A DNA stretch of 12,924 bases from an uncultured bacterium (lineage in GTDB: Bacteria > Abyssobacteria > SURF-5): NCBI GenBank assembly GCA_964510165.1, contig CAZEBC010000118.1, forward strand, positions 1 through 12,924, written 5' to 3'. Below, in pieces: positions 1 through 6,837 of this stretch. A program made the translations under genes and the position numbers. The notes below the pieces were generated by a model that was given only the letters and a program-made list of their open reading frames with translations, did not search any database and was not told the origin of the DNA. Position 1 is the stretch's first letter, and every line of letters begins with the position of its first letter.

Positions 1-1
1 C

Positions 2-772
2 ATGCCCTCCCCGCTTGCCTCCGAAATCTATTCGGAGAGCTATTTCGCCAGCCACGACCCCTCGGTCATCGGATACGATGATTACTCGCTTCACGCGAAG
101 GGGCTGAAAGAAGTGTTTTCCGAACACCTCAACGTGATCGAGCGATTCGTTTGTCCGCCCGCTTGCATCATTGACATCGGATGCGCGTTCGGGTATTTTC
201 TCGAAATTGCGCTCTCTCGCGGCTGGAGCGTCCGGGGCGTGGAGGTATCCGCGTTTGCAGCGGCTAAGGCGATGGAGCACACGGGAGCGCGCGTGCATGT
301 GGGCGCCCTCAAGAGCGCCGCGCTTGAAGCTTCCACGTTCGACGCGGCCACCATGTGGGATATGCTCGAGCATTCCTTCGACCCGAAAGAAGAATTGAGT
401 GAGACCAATCGCGTCCTCAAGCCCGGCGGGTATCTGTTCCTCTCAGTTCCGGACGCGGGCAGCTTGCTGGCGCGTCTGATGGGACCTCACTGGTTCGGAT
501 TCAAGTCGGCAGCCGAACATAATTATTTCTTCTCCAGGAGAACTCTTGGGCGGCTGCTTGAAGAGAGCGGCTTCGAAATCGTAATGATGAGGCGGGGCGT
601 GTGGCCCTGTAGCATGCGTTTCCTCGTGACGAAACTTGAACCTTACAACCGCGCGGTTTCGCGCCTGGCGGGACGCCTTGTCCATTCCCTCGCCATCGAG
701 AATGTGGTCGTGAAGTTCAGGTTCATTGACATGTTCGTTGTCGCCAGGAAATCGAAACCGGCATCGGGGTGA
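2..772 (+). CDS. Class I SAM-dependent methyltransferase (Methyltransf_11/23-like), probably 5'-truncated by the window edge
   Basis: SAM motif I IIDIGCAFG, acidic residue in GVEVS, 'FDAATMWDMLEH' and 'LKPGG'. The frame is open at the window edge, so the Met at 2 may be internal. Confidence 0.88.
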   Translation: MPSPLASEIYSESYFASHDPSVIGYDDYSLHAKGLKEVFSEHLNVIERFVCPPACIIDIGCAFGYFLEIALSRGWSVRGVEVSAFAAAKAMEHTGARVHVGALKSAALEASTFDAATMWDMLEHSFDPKEELSETNRVLKPGGYLFLSVPDAGSLLARLMGPHWFGFKSAAEHNYFFSRRTLGRLLEESGFEIVMMRRGVWPCSMRFLVTKLEPYNRAVSRLAGRLVHSLAIENVVVKFRFIDMFVVARKSKPASG

Positions 773-834
773 AACCTGCGAAGTGCAGCATGCTGCGCCC
801 GTGTACCATTAGCATAGTGCAGCCGCAACCAAAG

Positions 835-880
835 CCCCTCACCCCAATCCTCTCCCGGTGGGGAGGGTTGGGGTGAGGGG
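835..880. repeat. REP-like intergenic palindrome (CCCTCACCCC..CCTCTCCC type), 21-bp hairpin
   Basis: CCCCTCACCCCAA (835-847) is the exact reverse complement of TTGGGGTGAGGGG (868-880). The inner arms TCCTCTCC/GGGGAGGG pair with 2 G-U around a 4-nt loop. A related copy lies at 8596-8616. Confidence 0.75.
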
Positions 881-919
881 GAAGACACACAGAGAGTCGA
901 GAAACTAACAGCGAGCGGT

Positions 920-3016
920 ATGGTGACCAGTGCAACGAACCATCGGGAGGAGTCGGAGAAATCGCCGCTCTCTCAGAGCATAACGCTTTGCAGGGGAGTA
1001 GGACCTTCCACCGCCGCGCTTCTCGCAAAACTGGGGATCACCACGATCGAAGACCTGCTCTTCCATTTTCCCCGCACTTACCTGGACCGACGCCGCATAA
1101 CGCACATCGCTTGCGTCAAGCCGTCGCATATGACGGTCATCCAGGGGGAGATTTCTCGCATCCGCTTCTTTCGGCCGTCCAGACGGCTGCACATAACAAC
1201 GTGCACGGTAACTGACGCGACCGCGTCACTCGAAGCGGTCTGGTTCAACCGGCCCTATCTCCGCAAGACCCTTCTTAAAGGGGCCACCGCGATCTTCTCC
1301 GGCCCTGTCTCTTCTGAACGGGGCCTCCAGATCATGAATCCCGACATCGAGCCGATTACTGCGGAAAAGAGAAAACTCCTTCACACCCTAAGTCTTGTGC
1401 CCGTCTATCCGCTGACGGAGGGCCTCGGTCAGAAGAGAGTGAGGCGATTGATGCGCGACGCCTTAGCCGATTGGCTCGACGCACTCGACGAGACACTTCC
1501 TGAACCAATAATGAAAAAGTGGCGCTTGCCTCCCAGAAACGAGGCGCTGAGAGCCATGCATTTCCCCGAAAACATCGGTGCCGCAAACCGCGCCCGCGAG
1601 CGGATCGCGTTCGAGGAATTCCTCGCCCTCCAATTGGTCATCCAGTCCGCTACGTCTTCGGAATCCGAGGCGGGTGTTGCCCATGTTTCGACGCCCTCTT
1701 TTACTCGAGATTTTGAAAGCAGGCTTCCGTTCAAGCTCACGGATGCGCAGCGCCGAACGGTCGCCGCCATCTTCCGGAACATGGAGGCGCCCCGCAGAAT
1801 GAATGTGCTGCTCCAGGGGGATGTCGGTTCCGGGAAGACCGTTGTGGCCGCTTATTCAATGCTGAAGGCTCTTGAGAATCGGAAGCAGGCCGTGCTGATG
1901 GCGCCGACCGAAATCCTCGCGGAACAACATTTCGGGAGTTTACGCCGATTGCTTGATGGATTGAATGTGAAGGTGGCGCTGCTCTACGGAAGCCTTCCAC
2001 CTGAGAAGAGGAATCGAACCCTCACACTGCTTGCCTCCGGAGAACCATGCATAGTTGTCGGCACCCACTCTCTTATTTGGGAGAAGGTCAGAATCCCAAA
2101 CGCCAGTCTGGTCGTAATAGATGAGCAGCACCGATTCGGAGTACATCAGCGCGCAGCGCTCAGCCAGAAGGGGTTGATCCCCGACCTTATCGTGATGACC
2201 GCCACTCCCATCCCGAGAACGCTTGCGCTCACGTTCTATGGCGGGTTTGAGGTTCTGGTCATTGATGAATTACCCGCTGGCAGACGCCCGGTAGCCACGC
2301 GCTATGTGGACGACTCGAACCGCCGAAAGATGTACGAGTTTGTCCGTAAGCAGATCGCGGGCGGCAGGCAGGCTTTCGTGGTTTGTCCCGAGATCGGTGA
2401 AGGAGGAAAGGCGGAATCCGGACCCGTCATATCCGTCAAACAGGCACTGACGGAATATAAGAGAAGTTTTCCGGAATATCGAATTGAGGTTCTGCATGGA
2501 AGGCTGGGCATGGATGAGAGAGATCAGGTATTCTCCCGGTTCAAAGAGCACATGAGCGATATCTTGATTGCCACGAGCATTATTGAGGTCGGCGTTGACG
2601 TGCCGAACGCATCCGTAATGATCATCGAAAGCGCCGACAGATTCGGGCTGGCCCAACTTCACCAACTGAGAGGCCGCGTCGGGCGCTCACACCACAAATC
2701 CTACTGCTTTCTCATGGGTGCGCCCTCGACTCCGGAATCACTCAGGCGAATCGAGGTCATGACCTCAACCAATGACGGCTTCGAGATCGCCGAGCAGGAC
2801 ATGCAGCTTCGAGGACCGGGCGAATTCCTCGGAACCGCCCAGAGCGGAATGCCGCCTCTCAGGGCGGGACATTTGATTCGGGATGCCTGGCTTATGGACC
2901 GGGCTCGGGAGGAGGCGGCTGAGACGCTTGCCGCTGACCCTCATTTGGAAGCGTTTGAAAACAGGCCGTTGCGCCTGCTGTTAAGACCGTTCAGGTCTGA
3001 CAGCGTTCACCTGTAA
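920..3016 (+). CDS. recG: ATP-dependent DNA helicase RecG
   Basis: N-terminal 'GVGP...LAKLGITTIEDLLFHFPRTY', wedge/OB region (WFNRPY), Walker A QGDVGSGKT, APTEILAEQH, DEQHRFG, MTATPIPRTL, QLRGRVGR and DMQLRGPGE. 698 aa. Confidence 0.98.
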   Translation: MVTSATNHREESEKSPLSQSITLCRGVGPSTAALLAKLGITTIEDLLFHFPRTYLDRRRITHIACVKPSHMTVIQGEISRIRFFRPSRRLHITTCTVTDATASLEAVWFNRPYLRKTLLKGATAIFSGPVSSERGLQIMNPDIEPITAEKRKLLHTLSLVPVYPLTEGLGQKRVRRLMRDALADWLDALDETLPEPIMKKWRLPPRNEALRAMHFPENIGAANRARERIAFEEFLALQLVIQSATSSESEAGVAHVSTPSFTRDFESRLPFKLTDAQRRTVAAIFRNMEAPRRMNVLLQGDVGSGKTVVAAYSMLKALENRKQAVLMAPTEILAEQHFGSLRRLLDGLNVKVALLYGSLPPEKRNRTLTLLASGEPCIVVGTHSLIWEKVRIPNASLVVIDEQHRFGVHQRAALSQKGLIPDLIVMTATPIPRTLALTFYGGFEVLVIDELPAGRRPVATRYVDDSNRRKMYEFVRKQIAGGRQAFVVCPEIGEGGKAESGPVISVKQALTEYKRSFPEYRIEVLHGRLGMDERDQVFSRFKEHMSDILIATSIIEVGVDVPNASVMIIESADRFGLAQLHQLRGRVGRSHHKSYCFLMGAPSTPESLRRIEVMTSTNDGFEIAEQDMQLRGPGEFLGTAQSGMPPLRAGHLIRDAWLMDRAREEAAETLAADPHLEAFENRPLRLLLRPFRSDSVHL

Positions 3017-3031
3017 CTCGGGGATTCAGTC

Positions 3032-3583
3032 ATGAGAATCGGCGGAGGAGAGGCAAAGGGAATTCATATCAAGTCACCAAAGGGGATTCGGACTCGTCCC
3101 ACCGCCGACAAGCTGAGAGAGGCCATTTTCGACATGCTCGGAGAGCGTGTGACAGGCGCGAAGGTCCTCGACCTCTTTGCAGGCAGCGGAGCCCTCGGCA
3201 TCGAATCACTCAGCCGAGGCGCGGAGTTCGCTGTCTTCGTGGAAAAGGACCGCACCGCGGCGCGGATCATCGAGGAGAACCTGGCGAAAACCGGTCTGTC
3301 ATCGAAAGCTCAACTCATCAGGGCCGACTTTCGCCTGGCAATCAAACGGCTCCACCGCGAGCAAAGAAGATTCGACCTGATCTTCCTGGACCCTCCATAT
3401 CAAGCAGATCTGGTAGGGGATATGGTCTTCGGCCTTGATAGTCACCTCCTTGTTGAGCCCAACGCCGTCATTGTGTATGAGCATTTCAAGAAGACAGCTC
3501 CACCGGCCTCCATTTCGGGGCTTCCCCTCGCAGAGACCAGGCAGTATGGACAGACCTCGCTGTCGTATTTTTGTGGGAGATAA
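3032..3583 (+). CDS. rsmD: 16S rRNA (guanine(966)-N2)-methyltransferase RsmD
   Basis: MRIGGGEAKG...TRPTADKLREAIF, LDLFAGSGALGIESLSRGA, FLDPPY and C-terminal YGQT. The recG-rsmD adjacency is common. Confidence 0.95.
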   Translation: MRIGGGEAKGIHIKSPKGIRTRPTADKLREAIFDMLGERVTGAKVLDLFAGSGALGIESLSRGAEFAVFVEKDRTAARIIEENLAKTGLSSKAQLIRADFRLAIKRLHREQRRFDLIFLDPPYQADLVGDMVFGLDSHLLVEPNAVIVYEHFKKTAPPASISGLPLAETRQYGQTSLSYFCGR

Positions 3584-3643
3584 CGCGCAGCGAACCATCT
3601 CCGAGGCATCTCAACGTGGTCGCCATGTCAGCCAAAATTCCTC

Positions 3644-3672
3644 TTGACATACTATATATTGTATGATATAAT
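3644..3672 (+). promoter_or_regulatory. Consensus sigma70/sigmaA promoter of nrdR with extended -10
   Basis: TTGACA (3644-3649), 17-bp spacer, TATAAT (3667-3672), with TG at 3664-3665. It lies in an AT-rich patch ~50 bp upstream of the nrdR ATG. Confidence 0.9.
3649..3664. promoter_or_regulatory. NrdR box 1
   Basis: ATACTATATATTGTAT is a near-palindromic 16-mer matching the NrdR-box consensus acaCwAtATaTwGtgt. It sits in the promoter spacer. Confidence 0.82.
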
Positions 3673-3680
3673 CTGTCATA

Positions 3681-3696
3681 ATACTAAATAATGAAT
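3681..3696. promoter_or_regulatory. NrdR box 2 (weaker)
   Basis: ATACTAAATAATGAAT shares ATACTA.ATA.TG.AT with box 1 and starts 32 bp after it, the typical spacing of tandem NrdR boxes. Confidence 0.65.
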
Positions 3697-3723
3697 GTTT
3701 CACCTACCAATGAGGTCCCGTGA

Positions 3724-4185
3724 ATGAAATGCCCCTTTTGTTCACATCCCGATGATAAGGTGGTTGATTCGCGCACCATCCGGGAAGGAGAACTCATTCG
3801 GCGGAGGCGCGAATGTCTCAACTGCACAAAACGATTCACGACCTACGAACGCATCGAAGAAGTTCCCCTCATGGTCGTCAAGAAAGATGGACGACGCGAA
3901 CCCTTTGACCGAAGCAAGATAGTCATCGGAATCCTCAAGGCGTGTGAAAAACGCCCGGTCGGCATCGAGCAAATCGAGGCTCTCGTAGACAGGATCGAAA
4001 AGAGCATCAACAGTTCCATGGAAAAGGAGGTATCTTCGGAGCTGGTGGGCTCGATGGTAATGGAGGAACTCCGAAATCTGGACGAGGTCGCATACGTCAG
4101 GTTCGCCTCGGTTTATCGGTCGTTTAAGGATATTGACGAGTTCATGGACGTCGTCAAGACGCTCTACAAGCAACAGGACAGCTAG
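3724..4185 (+). CDS. nrdR: Transcriptional repressor NrdR
   Basis: Zn-ribbon MKCPFC...VVDSR...[19 protein letters not shown]-cone [15 protein letters not shown], and [22 protein letters not shown] upstream. Confidence 0.98.
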   Translation: MKCPFCSHPDDKVVDSRTIREGELIRRRRECLNCTKRFTTYERIEEVPLMVVKKDGRREPFDRSKIVIGILKACEKRPVGIEQIEALVDRIEKSINSSMEKEVSSELVGSMVMEELRNLDEVAYVRFASVYRSFKDIDEFMDVVKTLYKQQDS

Positions 4186-4245
4186 TGTTCCTGTTTGGCT
4201 GCGGAGAGGGCAAAACGGAAGGCCGCATAGCAGGGGGAAGCAGAA

Positions 4246-4356
4246 ATGGCACTGGAGCGGCGTTCGGAATCATGTGGCCCTCGACTGGAAGAGTGGAAGC
4301 GGAGACAGAGCGACGAGCGGTCCCTCTCTGCGGCTGTTATTATCAAGAAACCATAG
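4246..4356 (+). CDS. Possible 36-aa small protein MALERRSESCGPRLEEWKRRQSDERSLSAAVIIKKP (not in the ORF track)
   Basis: ATG at 4246, TAG ending at 4356, and AGGGGG (4232-4237) 8 nt upstream. No recognisable motif. Confidence 0.22.
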   Translation: MALERRSESCGPRLEEWKRRQSDERSLSAAVIIKKP

Positions 4357-4366
4357 GAATTTGTTG

Positions 4367-4396
4367 TTGACAGGGGGATGTGCTTTGATGTACCAT
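4367..4396 (+). promoter_or_regulatory. Putative sigma70 promoter for the 4445-4579 small ORF
   Basis: TTGACA (4367-4372), 18-bp spacer, TACCAT (4391-4396). An AT-rich tract lies upstream at ~4337-4366. Confidence 0.55.
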
Positions 4397-4444
4397 GAGT
4401 CCGGCACGGGGGATGAGTAGTGCCGGGAGAAGGAGACGGTGGGC

Positions 4445-4579
4445 GTGGAAAAAGAGGTCATCAGGTATTTCGACAAGAGGACCGGGCTTTGGTATCTCGT
4501 GTATTGGGACGAAGTTCTGAAGTGTTACGTTACGGAGCTTGAATCCGGCCAGCATTCGCTCATGGCCTCAAGTGAATAG
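4445..4579 (+). CDS. Putative 44-aa aromatic-rich small protein MEKEVIRYFDKRTGLWYLVYWDEVLKCYVTELESGQHSLMASSE (not in the ORF track)
   Basis: SD AGGAG (4431-4435) lies 9 nt before the GTG at 4445, and TAG ends at 4579. There is a candidate promoter upstream and hairpins downstream. The sequence has a protein-like beta-hairpin pattern. An alternative in-frame GTG exists at 4439. Confidence 0.6.
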   Translation: MEKEVIRYFDKRTGLWYLVYWDEVLKCYVTELESGQHSLMASSE

Positions 4580-4657
4580 AGGAATCGTTCCTCCTCTGTC
4601 GCGGCTCGCAGTTGACGGCCATTCTGATATGTCAGGCGAGTCCGGGTCTGGACAGAG
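4579..4657 (+). other. Structured RNA segment 3' of the small ORF (short hairpin plus long interrupted stem-loop)
   Basis: GAGGAA/TTCCTC (4579-4593), followed by nested helices CTCTGTC 4594-4600/GACAGAG 4651-4657, CGG 4602-4604/CCG 4642-4644, CTCGC 4605-4609/GCGAG 4636-4640 and TTGAC 4612-4616/GTCAG 4631-4635. Confidence 0.45.
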
Positions 4658-4740
4658 CTTCGGAAGGCTTGTCAGTACAGTTGTATTGTCCAGTCATGGT
4701 TGGGTGTCTCTCTAAACTCCCTCCTAACCTTTAATCCCCG

Positions 4741-4769
4741 TTGACATTTATCTGCCTATGTAATATACT
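4741..4769 (+). promoter_or_regulatory. sigma70 promoter of ffh and the downstream cluster
   Basis: TTGACA (4741-4746), 17-bp spacer, TATACT (4764-4769), ~75 bp upstream of the ffh ATG. Confidence 0.85.
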
Positions 4770-4791
4770 AATTAGCTGAAAGTCTTAGTCG

Positions 4792-4819
4792 GCAGGCCGG
4801 GAGCTATCCCGGCTGTTTT
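4792..4819 (+). terminator. Intrinsic-terminator-like hairpin inside the ffh 5' leader
   Basis: GCCGGGA (4796-4802), GCTA loop, TCCCGGC (4807-4813), followed by TGTTTT (4814-4819). Confidence 0.5.
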
Positions 4820-4843
4820 CATGGTAAGGCATGGATTGGATTC

Positions 4844-6169
4844 ATGTTTGAGAGCCTGAGCGAAAAGCTCCAAAAGACATTCCGGAACCTGCGCGGACTG
4901 GGCAAATTATCAGAAAAGAACATGAAGGAAGGTCTGCGTGAGGTGCGACTGGCTCTTCTGGAGGCCGACGTCAACTACAAGGTAGTAAAGGACTTTATTG
5001 CCCAGGTCCAGGAAAAGGCTGTCGGGCGCGAAGTCCTCGAGAGCATAACCCCCGGGCAGCAACTGGTCAAAGTCGTGTATGACGAGCTGGTGCACCTCAT
5101 GGGGGATGCCGCCGAGCAGCTCAGTTTCGCGCCAACTCCGCCGACCATCATAATGCTGATAGGACTGCAGGGCTCAGGCAAGACCACCACGGCGGGCAAG
5201 CTGGCCCGGCACCTTCACACCCGGGGACACCATCCGGTGCTGGTAGCGGCTGACATTTACCGTCCGGCGGCCGTCCGCCAATTGGAAATATTGGCGGAGC
5301 AATTGGGAGTGCCCGCGTACAGCGGCGAGTCCGCCAGTGACCCGGTGAAAATCTGCAAGGATTCGATCAAGTATGCTCGCGATAACGGGCGAGACGTAGT
5401 GATCCTCGATACCGCTGGCCGGTTGCACATAAATGACGAACTGGTGGAAGAACTCCAGCGGATTCGGGATGCGGTCAGACCCGCTGAGATTCTGCTGGTG
5501 GCCGACTCGATGACCGGCCAGGACGCCGTCAACGTGGCCGAAAGCTTTCACAGCCGAGTCGGCATTAGCGGCGTTATCCTGACCAAACTTGACGGGGATG
5601 CCCGTGGCGGCGCCGCGCTTTCGATACGGTCGGTTACCGGCAAGCCGATCAAGTTTGCGGGAGTCGGCGAGAAGCTTGACGCCTTCGAGACGTTTCATCC
5701 CGACCGGGTGGCCTCTCGAATACTGGGCATGGGTGACGTTCTGTCCCTGGTGGAGAAGGCGCAGGAGACTATTGACGAAAAACGGGCCGCCGAACTCCAG
5801 GAAAAGCTTCTCAAGGCGCAGTTCAGCTTTGAAGATTTCCGGGAGCAATTGCAGCAGCTTAAGAAAATGGGCCCGCTGGAAGAAATCATGGCGATGATGC
5901 CCGGCATGTCCAAATTCAAGGGAATGCAGCCCAGCGAGAAAGACCTGTCGAAGGTCGAGGCCATAATCAACTCCATGACAAAGAAGGAGCGACAGTTTCC
6001 CAACATCCTGGACGGGAGCCGAAAAAAGAGGATCGCCCGCGGCAGCGGCACGAGCGTGGCCGATGTCAATCGGTTGCTCAAGCAGTTTCAGCAGATGCAG
6101 AAGATGATGAAACAGATACGACGCTCCGGCTGGCTTCGAGGCCTTGGGGGGTTGAATCTGCGGGCCTGA
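4844..6169 (+). CDS. ffh: Signal recognition particle protein Ffh
   Basis: MFESLSEKL, ALLEADV, GLQGSGKTT, DIYRPAA, DTAGR, TKLDGDARGG, RILGMGD, and an M-domain with IINSMT..ER...SRKKRIARGSG. Confidence 0.99.
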   Translation: MFESLSEKLQKTFRNLRGLGKLSEKNMKEGLREVRLALLEADVNYKVVKDFIAQVQEKAVGREVLESITPGQQLVKVVYDELVHLMGDAAEQLSFAPTPPTIIMLIGLQGSGKTTTAGKLARHLHTRGHHPVLVAADIYRPAAVRQLEILAEQLGVPAYSGESASDPVKICKDSIKYARDNGRDVVILDTAGRLHINDELVEELQRIRDAVRPAEILLVADSMTGQDAVNVAESFHSRVGISGVILTKLDGDARGGAALSIRSVTGKPIKFAGVGEKLDAFETFHPDRVASRILGMGDVLSLVEKAQETIDEKRAAELQEKLLKAQFSFEDFREQLQQLKKMGPLEEIMAMMPGMSKFKGMQPSEKDLSKVEAIINSMTKKERQFPNILDGSRKKRIARGSGTSVADVNRLLKQFQQMQKMMKQIRRSGWLRGLGGLNLRA

Positions 6170-6179
6170 AAGCCGCCTA

Positions 6180-6209
6180 TTTACGCTTGCAACAGTTTTT
6201 TGTTACAAT
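6180..6209 (+). promoter_or_regulatory. Possible internal extended -10 promoter for rpsP
   Basis: TGTTACAAT (TGn-TACAAT, 6201-6209) with TTTACG (6180-6185) at 18-bp spacing, in the AT-rich ffh-rpsP gap. Confidence 0.45.
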
Positions 6210-6250
6210 ACGAAGATACAAAGGAAACTTCTCAGCAAGGGAGGATGCAG

Positions 6251-6532
6251 ATGGTAAAGATCCGGCTGATGAGGGTCGGACGCAACAAAGTGGACCAGTA
6301 CCGGATAGTTGTCAGTGACAGCAGAAGGGCCCGCGACGGGCGTTTCCTGGAGAACATCGGGTATTATCATCCCCAGAACGAACCGTCCATAATTAAGATA
6401 GACGAAGAGCGGGCGCTGTACTGGCTGAGCAAGGGGGCTGTGCCTACGGAGAAGGTTCGAAGCTTACTCAGAAAACTGGGCGTCCTCGCAAAAGCAAAAG
6501 TATCGACCGGGCACGAAGCGAGCAGCGTTTGA
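6251..6532 (+). CDS. rpsP: 30S ribosomal protein S16
   Basis: [10 protein letters not shown]...[25 protein letters not shown]...[19 protein letters not shown] at 6240-6244 places the start at ATG 6251 rather than 6200. Confidence 0.97.
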   Translation: MVKIRLMRVGRNKVDQYRIVVSDSRRARDGRFLENIGYYHPQNEPSIIKIDEERALYWLSKGAVPTEKVRSLLRKLGVLAKAKVSTGHEASSV

Positions 6533-6606
6533 AGCTGGCAATTGAGCCGCCAGCGAGGTGGATTCCCCGAGAAGGGGTCACAAACGTTACAGCGGAGGTC
6601 ACAGTC

Positions 6607-6837
6607 ATGAAAGAACTAGTGGAGTATATTGCGAAGGCGCTGGTTGATCACCCCGAATCCGTACAAGTTAATGTGGTCGAGGGCGGTAAGACCAAGGTGC
6701 TTGAGTTGAGGGTTCACCCGGATGACATGGGCCAGGTTATAGGAAAACACGGCCGTACTGCGAAGTCCATGCGCACGCTGCTTAATGCTGCCGCAACCAA
6801 GGATAACATCCGAGTGGTGCTTGAGATTGTCGAATGA
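6607..6837 (+). CDS. khpA: KH-domain RNA-binding protein KhpA (YlqC/UPF0109)
   Basis: [19 protein letters not shown]...[21 protein letters not shown] with the GxxG loop. SD GGAGGT precedes ATG 6607. The position between rpsP and rimM is canonical. Confidence 0.93.
   Translation: MKELVEYIAKALVDHPESVQVNVVEGGKTKVLELRVHPDDMGQVIGKHGRTAKSMRTLLNAAATKDNIRVVLEIVE

Noticed and set aside
785..796. Perfect 12-bp palindrome GCAGCATGCTGC after the methyltransferase
   Set aside because: It is a single GC-rich occurrence with no loop or U-tract and no associated promoter, so no function can be assigned.
4225..4315. Cobalamin riboswitch downstream of nrdR (fragments AGGGGGAAG, GCACTG, ACTGGAAGAGTGGAAG, GGAGAC)
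   Set aside because: The context is attractive because B12 riboswitches often control RNR genes. However, the core GGTG-AA-TCC T-loop hairpin, CCCGC-ACTGT and a proper B12 box are not present in order. A cmscan would settle it.
4133..4555. ORF-track ORFs 4133..4420, 4185..4370, 4270..4476 and 4343..4555
   Set aside because: They have no recognisable motifs or good RBS, they overlap nrdR or the promoter elements, and they conflict with each other.
4445..4579. Classical type I membrane toxin
   Set aside because: The peptide is charged and has no continuous hydrophobic helix, and no antisense promoter/terminator pair was identified.
4632..4697. Minus-strand 21-aa ORF MTGQYNCTDKPSEALSRPGLA after AGGAGG
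   Set aside because: The SD-like sequence is more than 20 nt from the ATG, and the peptide is featureless.
4186..4843. SRP RNA (ffs), 6S RNA or tRNA in the spacer before ffh
   Set aside because: I found no SRP domain IV signature (CAGG-stem-GNRA-stem-AGCAG), no 6S-like rod with a central bubble, and no cloverleaf/TTCGA arm on either strand.
6200..6826. Longer starts for rpsP (6200), khpA (6529) and rimM (6785)
   Set aside because: SD positions and family N-termini support 6251 and 6607, and 6785 lies deep inside khpA.
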